From: Nymphaea colorata
Lineage: Eukaryota
Length of the DNA: 64,000 bases
Assembly (NCBI RefSeq): GCF_008831285.2
Contig: NC_045138.2
Location: 41,602,001 to 41,666,000, forward strand
Direction of reading: 5' to 3'
Made by a program: the position numbers and the translations under genes. The notes below the pieces were generated by a model. That model saw only the letters and a program-made list of their open reading frames with translations. It was not told the DNA's origin and made no database searches. Shown in pieces: positions 29,005 to 49,038 of the stretch. The stretch's first letter is position 1. Each line of letters starts with the position of its first letter.

Positions 29005-32000
29005 GATATTATTGAAGAACCTGACGTGGGCTGCAGCAAAGCCAAAAACAGGCATGTTTGAAAATAAAAAAGTTGAGGCATTGACAGATACGTATATATG
29101 AACAGTATAGTGGTGTTCACATATATATCAAAGAGTTGATAAACATTCCCCAAATCGACCAATCATAGTTTTGCTTACGTACCCAGATTTATTTTTTTCG
29201 AATTCAAATATGAAAATATCACAAGTTAAGCTCAAGATTGTCCTTGTCACTTCAACCCAAGGGGCAAAAGCTGGGCAGGAGGCACCGTTGAACAAGCTAT
29301 CCTGTTAATGTTTATGTGTCTCGTGCACGCCATATGCACCCGTTCTCCCTTCCGTTTTAGATGTTCCTTCGAACAAATTCAATCTCAAACACTAGACGTA
29401 AAGGGACAAACACATACTTAACTTCAATTCGCCTCCAGTAAAAAGACAACAGACATTAGGTTTCGATATCAGACCACGGCATATACAAGTATTCAAACCT
29501 TTCAGTCTGTATGAAGTTGGAATTATTGAACTCTAGAATTAAAATTCTCATTTTTGATAAAATGAGAATTACAATATCAAACAAAGACTTTTGATTCCGA
29601 AATTATAAGCTCATTCTTGAATCAAAATTTTGAAATAGTCATTCTACCCTAAAGGGTGGACTTACGATTCTAAAATTTTAGAATTTTTTCATTACTCAGT
29701 AGGACACAGGTGACGATGGATTTACTCCATCAATTCTAGAAGTTTATCCTGTTTCATCAAAGCCATCGCTTGCTATTCTGGAATCAAAATGTCAGACTAT
29801 CAAATGCAAAAAAAAAAAAAAACTAGAACTGAAATTTTCATTTCAATTCCAGTTTTAAAGTAGAATTTTGTTTCTGTAATGTTAATTCTTAAATTAAAAT
29901 TCAAAGCCATCAAACACCACCTTGAGATTTCAAGTTAAAAATTCAAAACAGGAGTTAGAAAACCACACAACCCAAGCTTTCTTATGTAAATGAAAATGAT
30001 TGTAATAAAATAACTAGAATGTAATCATAGTTAGAGTAACGGAGAAATAACAGTCGTGCGGAGTTGGCAGGACCTTAATTATTTCTGAGGAATCAAAATT
30101 TTGATGAGCCGTTAGATGAGTCTACGGCATAACAACAATAACATTCGAATAATGAAGCAATTCGTGCCAGCCAAAAAACTGCGGCCAATTAAGATATTCT
30201 TGAGGAAGAACAACTCACTCCCCACCGGCTTCTCAAGCATATCCTAATTGATGAACTCCATGTTTGGAAAGGCGAACTTGGGCAATTGCGAGAAGTTATC
30301 GGATAAAAAAGGACCTCTGATCTGAAGACGACAGGACTGAATGTTCAGAAGAAGAAAAGAGATTCAGCAAATGGTTTGGCTATGGCCGGATGGTTTTCCT
30401 GTTGTTTCTTTTTTCTTTTTCTTTTTCTTTTGCCGGTCCCATCAAATCCCACTGCAAAGAAAACCATTCATCAAAGTGATTAGCTGATCCAAGTCTGACC
30501 CGTTTGCATCGTTGATCAGAGTTGAGACAAAAAGAAAAACAAAGAATTTAACAGAGTTTAAGCTATTAATCACATAACTTCTGCCTGTGTTATAAGAAAC
30601 TCAGAAAAAGTGAGACTTGGCATTCAGGGGAAAGCTTATCCTTAAAACATTTTTCATTATTTTCCTTCCAATGCGTCGTGGCGCCCATCTCGCCATGTCA
30701 TGTAAGACGCAAACCAGCTGTGATGGCGCCCACGCGCCTAGACATGGGACTTCACCCTCCCTTACTGAACCATTAATCTCTAGCTATTCACTAATGAATA
30801 TTTTAAGAAGATTCTTCAAGAATGCAGGCGCTTAGAGATCTAGCTTCATTATCCAATACTAATTTGGCTTGAACAAATTTTGTGTAATTGGACTCAGTTT
30901 AGATGAGCGGAAGGTTATTCCACCATCTAAACGAAAGCCGAAGCTCTTCACCCCCCTCCTCTTCCCCCACTCTCGTTCTTCTTGTCCCAAGGCTCTAGAG
31001 TTGTGTTTCAACTTGTATGTAGAGCCAACATCATTTTTGATACATAAGCATGGTCCCATGTGGCTCGAACTGGTGACGCACCGTACAGGCGCTTCCTGCC
31101 AACCTGTTTGAAATTATGCCCCTTAGACAAATTAAACTCGGATTAGAACTCCATTTTTCAGAGACCAATTCTGATCAGCTAACATAAAACCAACAGTTTC
31201 AAACACCATTTTTTAGAGACGAATTCCGATGATCAACTAAGTATAAAACCAACATTTAATATGTAATCAATATGGACATTTATTGAACAGCTATCGGATA
31301 CCAGCGTTGAATTTTGGGATCATAAAACTGTATGCCACAATTAATAATTAGATCCAAAATTATTTACACTAAACAGATCAATAATTGGATGGATTATCGA
31401 ATGTCCAGTCTGTCTACAACTAGGCATCTGAGATAGACATGAAGAATATTTTTTTTTAACAATCCTATGTGTTTTAGCTGTCTCTCAGAGTGGTACACCT
31501 TCCATTCATCTTTCTGGAAGGTGATACTCGCAGGAGTCAAACTCTGACCATCCACCTGATGCACCAATCCATTCAGATCTGTAAGTATAAATAAATCAGG
31601 TCCACGTTCAGAAAAAAAAAAAAAACCCGATCCGGATATAAAATCATGTCTAACCACAACAACACTGAACACCCCCTTTGTCTCGGTCATTACAACGTAA
31701 ACGGGCCTTACAATTAGGCTCACCTGCCGGTCATGGACCTTTCTCCCCAACGAACCAGCTCCTTACCTTAATTTCAAGAGAGACAACATAAATTATTGGC
31801 CCCTCAGCCTTTTTCAACCAGAGAAAGCCTGATACCAAACGTACAGCCCTTCAAGCTTTCATCACTTCAACAATTGCCGATATTGGGGAGTTTTTCCCAC
31901 ACAAACATATAAAATGAAAGTCCAAACGCATGTTCCTTTCTCTATCGTTGAAGATTTAAGAAATTGCTTTTAAAACATGGTCAACAAAAGCTTTTTTGGC

Positions 32001-32822
32001 TAAAAAATTTGTTGTAGACTTGCCAACGACGGGGAAATCCATTGAATTTTAGACCTTCTGATACTTCAACTCTTAAGAGATATTTATCATCCTTTTCTGC
32101 CAACAATTCATCTCTCCAAATATTTCAACTTGCAAAAAATAAAAAATAATAAAAATCGAACATTGACTGCCTCTAGCCGCCATACCGCAGCCATATTGGT
32201 CTATAATTACATATCTTCTATTATCTTCCAATGTCAATCTCCTTAACGACAAAGAATGTATATACTATGCTGCCTCTCGGCAATGGCGTAAGAAGTTATT
32301 CATCTTATCCAAATATCGGTCCAAGCGGAGTTGAATCAGCTGATATAACTCAAATTGCCTAAACCACTAAAGATTCATGTATCGGCCTTTGTTATTTACA
32401 TACCCCAATGCTAATAACGCCGTCGAGAGCATTTTCTTGGCATAGCGTAGATGACCTGCGAACCACAACAAGCCGGTGGCTCAATATTTCGTCAAAACAC
32501 ACGCATTCACGTGACCAAAATTGCCCACGCAACCAAGGTCCCCCGGCATAGTTATCGACACCCCCCATCATCCTTTTTCCTTTGACCCGTGTGTGTCTAT
32601 CCAAATCCAAGAATTCCATGTCTTCATTTGTAATTCTGCACCGCTCTTCTTGGCGTCCCCCGCAGCGGCCGTCTGGATTCTGAAAACCGCTCTCCCCTCT
32701 TCTTCCCACCACTTTCCTGGTCCAGTTTTTGTTCTTCTCTTCTTTCTTGATCTATATAAAACCACCATGAGATACAACCTTCTCCATCGTCTAGCCATTC
32801 TGCATGTTCCTTTCCCCTGAAA

Positions 32823-33869
32823 ATGAATCGCATAGAAGAAGGGCGTTCTTGGTTATCGAAGCACCTGAAAATAGGCGGCGGCCACCACCACCACCATCAC
32901 AAGCTCAAGCAGCCTTCATCCTCCCTTCAAACTTATGAGTCGTCCTTATCCAACAGCCTTTCTCGGCTTATACCGTCTTCCGAGTATCAGTCTTCCGAGC
33001 CTTCTTTGGCTTGGGCGCATGAAGCCATGGCGTTCCTGATCAGCGCGCACCGTGGTCTCCAAACATTTTCCGGCGAGATAAACTACCCGTTCGAGAAATG
33101 GAGCTCTTGTCTCACCGACGAATACCTGGCGGACACCCTTAGCCTTCTTGATCTCCTAAACTCCACCTCCCGTAAACTGTCTCTCATCTCACAGCACAGA
33201 CTTCCTCTGCTGCTCTATGCTGGCTCGTTCTCGAGGTCGCCGACCGACAAAGATTTGCAAGAATGGATGGCGCTTCCCACCAAATTTGCAGCGGCGGTTG
33301 CTGAGCCTGAGATACAGGAAGAGGGGTGCGAAATTACAAGCTGCAGGGCCTCGAAACCCAGCGAGGAAGAGAAGGCTTTCAGGAGAGCAATGGAGGGAGC
33401 AAAGAGTGTGAATTTATTCATAATGAAGATTTTAGATTGCTGTTTCAGTGGGCATGTGGAGTCGATGTTGGAGATGAAAGCGCCTTCTGGGCATGTATGG
33501 TCGGCGAACCTGATGAATCTGCAGATTAGGATCTGTGAGGAGATGCTTAATAGGAGGACAAGGAAAGAAGGTGGTGGCCTCTTCTTCCAGGAGGTGGTTG
33601 ATGTGAATGAAAGAGTGGGTCGTCTGTTGAGTTACATATCAAGCAGAGAGGAAGAAGGTTATGAAGGATCACAGGAAGTTGGTGATCATTGCGACGAAGG
33701 CAGCGACGAAATGCTTTTGTTGAAGATTTTGATTGAAGACATGAATGAGAAAGTTGAAGTTCTAGGGAAGTGTTTGGATGATCTAGAGGTGGATGCTGAC
33801 ACATTGTTTAATATGGTTTTTCGTGCAAGGAATGACTTGCTAGATGCACTTAAGAGAGAAAATGTCTAA
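32823..33869 (+). CDS. BYPASS1 (BPS1)/DUF793-like plant protein, intronless, 348 aa
   Basis: Single long ORF with the family-like segments SLAWAHEAMAFL, WSSCLTDEYLADTLSLLDLLN and the C-terminal LDDLEVDADTLFNMVFRARNDLLDAL. A TATA-like ctatataaa lies at 32752-32760. Confidence 0.8.
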   Translation: MNRIEEGRSWLSKHLKIGGGHHHHHHKLKQPSSSLQTYESSLSNSLSRLIPSSEYQSSEPSLAWAHEAMAFLISAHRGLQTFSGEINYPFEKWSSCLTDEYLADTLSLLDLLNSTSRKLSLISQHRLPLLLYAGSFSRSPTDKDLQEWMALPTKFAAAVAEPEIQEEGCEITSCRASKPSEEEKAFRRAMEGAKSVNLFIMKILDCCFSGHVESMLEMKAPSGHVWSANLMNLQIRICEEMLNRRTRKEGGGLFFQEVVDVNERVGRLLSYISSREEEGYEGSQEVGDHCDEGSDEMLLLKILIEDMNEKVEVLGKCLDDLEVDADTLFNMVFRARNDLLDALKRENV

Positions 33870-36800
33870 TAGCCATCTGAGATTTCTTTTGTTTATTGTC
33901 TCTCCTGTGAATATATCATCAGTTTATTTTTCCCAAACCTGTATAAGACATCATATTTTTTTATCACTGCCTCAAACAAGCTTCTGTAATCACAAATGGT
34001 TATCCTGAGATGACAAACAATGGTTCTCTCTTTGTTTTCATGATGCCAAATCCCTTAACATACTTCTTTAATGTGTCTAATAACCTCATTTTTGCGCCTC
34101 AGAGGCAAAATTCAATGGTTTACCAACTCCCAATATATACTCCAACTCAGTATTCCCGTCATTTCGCAGAGGGGTGGTAGGCATGCATGAGATAATCCTC
34201 CAAACAATCTTCTGATCAGTATCCCTCCACAATGCGTTTCTCCCATTCTTGAGCTCGTAACTGGATGCTTTTGAGTTGTACTGTGTCAAAGAAGGCTGTC
34301 ATGAAAAGGCGCTTTAAGGTACGCAGTTGAATTCAACATTATGGAATTAACATGTTAAACCAAAATTGGCAAGTGCACCGTATTATGCACGGCTTACTTC
34401 TCTATGCGATGAAATAGGAACGGATAATGTGAACATAGAGAAATCTGATTCAGACAAATTTTGATACAACCAAAAGCCATATCCTTATCGCTTATGTGCC
34501 TAACCATGAAAGCATAGAGAACTGCTAGTCCCAGTAATGTTGCTCTTTTCTATATCAAGGGAGTACAACTCCCAATTACCTTGCGCCTCTGATTTCTTTG
34601 AAAGTAAGGCCTTACAACTGTACAGTCTTCATTTTCCAGAGTGTTTGTGCTGTTATAGTCACACACACAACCAATTTCGAATTCTTCAAACTTCCACTTA
34701 GTGTCCAGTGTTTCTTGAGGAACTTCCCATCTTTATGAGGAACTCCCCATCTTTATGAGGAACTAGAAACTTTCACTAGTTCTTCAGGACTCTTCTATAC
34801 CAAGGAATACTCATATTTAGCAAATTTTTGTTGCAAAAGAATGTGAAGGGTGCCTTGAAGACATTGGATCAAGTCTCCACCCTGCCATTTTTTCTGTAGG
34901 GGCTCACACCTTAATTTCAAGCGCGCGCGCGAGAGAGGGAGGAGGATCTTGATCCACCTGGTCTAATTTAGTTCTGGACGTAGATAGGGAAATTATAACT
35001 GGATGTAGATAGGGAAATTATAAAATACCAAATTTCTACAAGAGGAAAGCAAACGTTTGGCCGGATGAGCTTACTGCGTTGTGGTCAGGAAAGGGAAAGC
35101 GGATTCTGTTGGTTTATAGCACCAGTATTTTGATTCCCCTCAGCCTCTGGAATTTCATTTCCATGAAATTCTCAATCAGTGGAAGTCCAATATATAAGAG
35201 CCCTAATTTTCCAAAAACTAATACATGGAACTCAAAGAATAAAGAACAACGCCAGGCACAATTACCATGAATCTGTTGTCTAAGATTTGAAACAAGAAGT
35301 GAATTCCCAGTCTGACCACCCAAATGCACCATTAATAGAAACTAGAAAGAAGGGGGAAAATAAATACCAGAACAAGGCCAGCAGACAGTGGATTGAACAA
35401 ACACGGAGATCGGACGTGAGAATTGATGGCTATCGTCTCGTCGACGTTCAAATTCTTACTGAATTTCTTCTGCGATTGTACAATAGAATCGCCTCCTGGA
35501 CGATCGCTTGAATCAACCACCCCAGAAACTCTCAAGAATGGTCATGACATAGAAAAGGACGAGGACCTGACACACTATTCGGAGCCATCGCTCTCTTCTT
35601 CCTTGCTATTTGGGAGGATAAATAAAAAACGCTAGTTCCGGAGGAAACAAAAACCAGCCTCGCAGATGCTCCCGTTCTCGAATCGCCCTTTTCGCGCCCT
35701 TTCAAAATTTCTTTTGCCCTGCATGTTTCTCTATAAAATTAATAACCGCCTACCCTTTCGTAGAAATGTGAAAGCTGGTTGAATTTTCCTGAAATTGTCT
35801 AAGAACTGGTGCTTATTAAGACTGGGTCAGAACAATGGATTTCAGGAGGATTGGGTTCTTGATGCCTATTTGTTCCCCATCTCCGAAAGTTGTAAGCTCA
35901 CAACAGGAAGTAAGATTCTTATTCAGGCCAATACTGCTAATTGTAGGATCAGTCTAGCAAAGCTCATTGCAAGGTCTTCTCTGCAACTAAGGTGGGAATT
36001 TTTGCAACAAATCCACTTTCTCCGTGGATCAACCACGCCTTGCACTTACATTTATCTCATAGGTTGCGTTTGATTACTGCAGGTCTCCGTTTTTTGATCG
36101 TAGATCATCATGGATCTGACTGAGGTTCGACCCCCTCCCCCTCTTGTCGGACCTCGAATCCATAGATTTGAAATTCATGTGCTTTTGTTCAATCTGTGGA
36201 TTTTCAGCTATCGTTGATTTCAGATTCCCTTATATAAGGGATCCGTGGGTAATAAACACGACCTTAGTTTAGAAAAAACCATGTCTTTGATATCTTCTCC
36301 CTCAAGCAAAACCATATTTAAGTTGTGTTGTGGGCACTCAAATTCTCAACCTATTTAGCAAATTAATGAAGCAAGGATAAAGAATAATGTGATCTTGAAC
36401 ATGAGCATTAGATACTTCAATTGATTTCTCACTATCTCTCCCTCACACACGCAAGTAATGTTTTAAATATATATGCCAAGAAAACTGATGCAAAATTGGG
36501 AATCATGATCAATTAATTCATAAACATTGTCACATATGACCTTTATAAAAAGCAAATAAAGCTTAGCACTATAACTTGAGGAAGTTGCTTCAATTTGTTA
36601 GTTGTGCAATCAACGTGCACTTCGATAATATTTTCAGTCAAATTCTTAATACAGACATCTCGAGAGTTTTCTCTCTTTTTCTCTGTATTATGCTATATTA
36701 TATTATATTATATTATATATATAACTTTTAGAATATGAGTACAAAGCATATAAGAATTAACGAGGACCATTAAGTTTTTTGATCTGCATCGTAAAATGGT

Positions 36801-37850
36801 TCACATAGAAGCACATGTATAGGAGCAATCTTGAACCATAACTTTAACTTAAGGTGACATCTGTAGACATCAAATGAGGGTCTTCAATCTTGGCTCTCAT
36901 TTGATTTACTTTTTGATCTACGTTAAGGTTTAGCTATTATATATATATATATAATAATGCATTATTAAATATATTACAAAAATTCTTTTTAGTGTTTAGT
37001 TTTTTTTTTCACAAATCTAGGCATGAATTACCATACTAATAAAATCTATTCTTTTTTTTTTTGTGGGAGAGTGGGGGTCATACATAGTGCACGCATTTTG
37101 TGCGGTTAATTTTGGGAGAGGAGGTCATGGTGCACGCTTATTGTGTGGTTAAGAAAAATTTTCTGAGTTGCTTGTGCAAAAGAGAGAGAAGAAAGGGGAG
37201 CATGTGAGAAGGAAACAATTACCTTTGGCTTTGAGTGATTATAGCAGCTTAAAACCGAAAGGTTGAATTCTAGATTGGGACGAAAACGAGGCGAATCTCC
37301 CTTCCTTTGGTGCTTTTACGATGACGAAAGCATTCTCCAGCCTACACAGACTTCCGTCGCTTTCGTTCTGCAACTTGGGCAGCCAACACCCCTTTGTCTT
37401 TACCTACTCTCAAGTCTCATCTGTTATTGTTACCTCTCATTCTTCATAAGAAGGTTTTAGAAAACCAGAAAAGGATTGAGACTGGAGGGTGAGCGAGCAG
37501 CGGACACCGAGCGGATCAAACGTCCTGCCAAAATCATTTTGTATAGAGATCTGCAATTCCCACCGTTCATTCTCTGCGATAGACGTTCACCATTGCAAGC
37601 ATCGACAATGGCAGTTCCGGTGGGTCTCACCATCTGCATTATGAATGGTTGGATGACCATAACCGAGGATGAAGATGTAATGTCGCTTGATAAGGACGAC
37701 CAAATCTAAGTCTCGAGGCAGCCGCATCCAAGGGTGGTTGTCCTGGCGCTTGTGGTCTCTAGTCCCTGACAAGAGGATAGAGGGCAATAAAAGCAAGGGG
37801 AGGTTTCCCACGCACTCGCGCACGCAGAGAGACACTCCCTCCCTCTCACC

Positions 37851-45577
<7,727 letters not shown>

Positions 45578-46537
45578 GGTCTATGGTCCACATCCTTTTC
45601 AGTGAGAGAGCTGCCATTTTCTATTTTGGCTTTCGGTAGCTTTTAGTGATAAGTCAATTTTGGTGTTTATGACGACATGATTGCATTCAAATCCTTTGTA
45701 ACAATTGTACATTTAACATTTAATTTATTAATATATCAATGTGGATAATAGCTGTTTATCTGCCTTCCTGCTGCCTTTTGGCGGATGCCTGTGATCTCTT
45801 ATGCTTTAAATGAGCAGCCACTTTCTGATGTCTCTCCTACAAGTTTAGAACAAGTTATGGTTCTTCATATGTTATACCGACTTTGATCTGCTACTCGTGC
45901 TTCTGCCAAGTTCTTCGCTGAAAGATGATCAATAATCACTAAGCTACTTTTCTTTTCTTTTTCACCTCCTTTTGTGCGAGCGTCATTTTCTTTCCTTCCT
46001 TTTATACAACTGTGCCGATCAATTTAGATTTAAACCCCAGACATCTTGGGCTTTGATTAGTATGACTTCATCTTTCTCGTCATTCAACATCGGATGTAGC
46101 CATTTTTAAAAGCATCCTGTAATACGCTTCTCACTAAGCTGCCAATGAACTTATATATATATATATATATAGATAGATAGAGAGAGAGAGAGAGATGGTT
46201 GTCTGTCTTTCTCTCTTTGTTACTTGGATGCGTTCGTACATGTATTTTTTTACTAAAAAATTTAACTGCACACTTGAACTCTAAATATTTTAATGTAAAT
46301 TAATATTTGTTGCCTGTAGCATTTTAAGAATGAAAACATATAGACCATTTACTTGTAATATGTCAATTAAGTATGGTTGAATAGGTAAAAGGATTACGTT
46401 AAAATATTTAAAAGCTTGGAGAATCTTTAGACACGGAATATAAATAAAGAATGCTGCTGTCAAATCAGCTTGAATGGGATTGAATAGAATCGGACCCTTT
46501 TTTATTGGTATAGAGTTCGACCTAACAATAATTTTTA

Positions 46538-47120
46538 GGCCATGTTTGGACGACACACTAAAATGAGGTTTGGAGAGGCAAAACGTCGTTTTGCCTGAGA
46601 AAACCCATTTTCATGGTGTTTGGATGACAGCAAACTGGGTTTCTGAGAAACCCAGTTTTGCCCAAAACCTGGTTGAAAACAGGTCTTGGAAAACCTGGCT
46701 GAAACCAGGTCTTGGAAAACCTGGCCTCCCCAGATTTTTCACCCAACACGTCGCTTTGGAACTGGGGGCAAACTGTAGCAACTGAAACATGTTCATTCTT
46801 GAAGATAGAAATCTGACATCCTTTTGCGTTTTGAGTTCTTGAAGTCAAAACCTCTTTGAGCAGCAGAATATTGGAACTTTTCTTTCCTCACTGGGGGTAA
46901 AGGCTCTTCCCTTAAGTGCTCTTGCAGGCGATGGTGAGAAATTGCAGCGCATTACAAACACCTTAGTTTAAAAACATGGTTTTTGTCATCCAAACAAAAA
47001 CCAAGTTTAAAAAGTGAAATCCTAGTTTTTTAGTTGTCATCCAAACAGGAAAACCATGTTTTAAAACCTGGCTTAGGAAACAAATAACCAGGTTTTAAGG
47101 GCTGCCATCCAACGACCCCC
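46538..47120. mobile_element. PIF/Harbinger (Tourist-like) non-autonomous element
   Basis: TTA on both flanks; degenerate TIRs ggccatgtttggacgac / gccatccaacgaccccc; repeated internal tgtttggatgaca / tgtcatccaaaca and aaaacc motifs. Confidence 0.6.
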
Positions 47121-47512
47121 TTAGGTTTTTCTTCTTATAAAGTCTTTGATTTTTTCTATTTAAAGATCTGAACTTCAATTTGGTTTGATCCACAAGTAAT
47201 TCTAATCCAATTCAAAGAATGATTCAAATGAATCAAATCTTTTCAATCTTAGCAACTCCAAACGTATCACACGATAATTCTCCATTCATTAAAATCCATT
47301 CTTTAGCATATGAAGAAAATTACCAGGATGTGTTATGTCAGGAGCAGTTATGGTTGAGCTTATCTGTACATGAAAAATAAGTCAAGCCAGGATCAAATTA
47401 TGCATTGGTTTTTCCAACTTTTTTCCTTTCATCCTCTCACTTGAGCCTTTTTTTTTTCAACTTTTTTCTTCTTAACTACCATTCTTAAAGTGGGTAGTCT
47501 CTCTCCCTCTGA

Positions 47513-47828
<316 letters not shown>

Positions 47829-48346
47829 TCTACATTAACCCTCTTGTTAACTTAAAAGGAGAACAGCAGCACAACACTCGAGAGGTTTTCCCAATTCCCA
47901 GCATACTCGGAATCTGCATTTAAGAAGGAAAAAAATGCTGTCGCACTGTTAATAGGTCAGAACAAGTGAATGGTACTCATTTCTACCAAATCCTGAATGA
48001 CTCAGTTCTTGAATGTTAATATAAATTACCTGAATATTGAGCTCTTGATCTTCGACTTAAAGATCTTACTTGGACATCAAAAGACATCCAATATTGAGTA
48101 CTTGGTTGTCAATTTGTCATCCACTTGTCGCTTTTATACATGTCTTCAACTTGAGGCCCCTAACCAGGCGGATGGACCTCCTGCCAGCAAAATCATGGTT
48201 TGCTTCTGAACCACATCTGTTCATATATCAGGATCAACCAAATGCCTTCAACGGGTAAAGCAGTTAGTAGTGTTCATTTCCTAAACACTAATTTTAAGTT
48301 ATCTGTGGGATGAGGTTAGGACCTTTCAGTTAGTCAATTTGACCGA

Positions 48347-48569
48347 GAAATTTTTACAAAAAAATTCCGATGAAATAGCAAAAGCATGCTTAACTCTTGT
48401 TTTCTTCATAATTCAAGTGGTTAAATGAAAGGAATCAAAACCTAAGAGCACCTTTATTATTCCATAAGAACCCAAGTGTCAGTGTGTCAGGCGGTTAAAT
48501 GAAAAAAAAATCAGAACTTAAGTGTCCTTTGTTGTTTCATCAAAATTTAAGCATGTTTTAAAAAATTTC
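48347..48569. mobile_element. Degenerate Mutator-like foldback MITE upstream of the GTPase gene
   Basis: Inverted arms gaaatttttacaaa...gatgaaatagcaaaagca versus cctttgttgtttcatca...aaaaaatttc; TSD weak. Confidence 0.4.
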
Positions 48570-48784
48570 ATTTAACACAACCACGGAACTCCGCCAGGGC
48601 TATTTTCAGAATTGTATTCCTCCATGGTCGGCGAATCATGATGTTGGATTCAGGTACCTGAACCGGATCGGCCCTAGGCGACACCTTCACAGCTTCACTG
48701 TTGGGCGTCTTTCCTGCTCCCACTGCAAGCCTTTGAGACCTGCTACCTGGGCACGCGGGGAGAGAGAGAGAGAGAGAGGTGGTG

Positions 48785-48989
48785 ATGGTGTGGTGGAAAA
48801 AGGGCAAGAAGGTAGTCGGTGAGTCGGTCCTGCTGGGGATGAAGGTGGGTAATGGTGGTCTTGGGGGGGGTGGTGGTGGTGCGCCCATCAATTGGTTCCC
48901 CGGCCACATGGCCGCTGCTACCCGTGCCATCCTCAAGCGCCTCAAGCTCGCCGACCTCGTCATTGAAGTCAGAGATGCTCGTGTATGAC

Positions 48990-49038
<49 letters not shown>

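Noticed and set aside
32767..32820. 17-codon uORF ending 2 nt before the BPS1-like ATG
   Set aside because: Its ATG lies only ~7 nt after the TATA-like box, so it is probably upstream of the transcription start. It would matter only if a more distal TSS exists.
34717..35022. Short 20-25-bp tandem repeats (also at 50683-50725 and 59327-59368) as a CRISPR-like or functional array
   Set aside because: Only two to three adjacent units with no unique spacers, in a eukaryotic context; ordinary slippage duplications.
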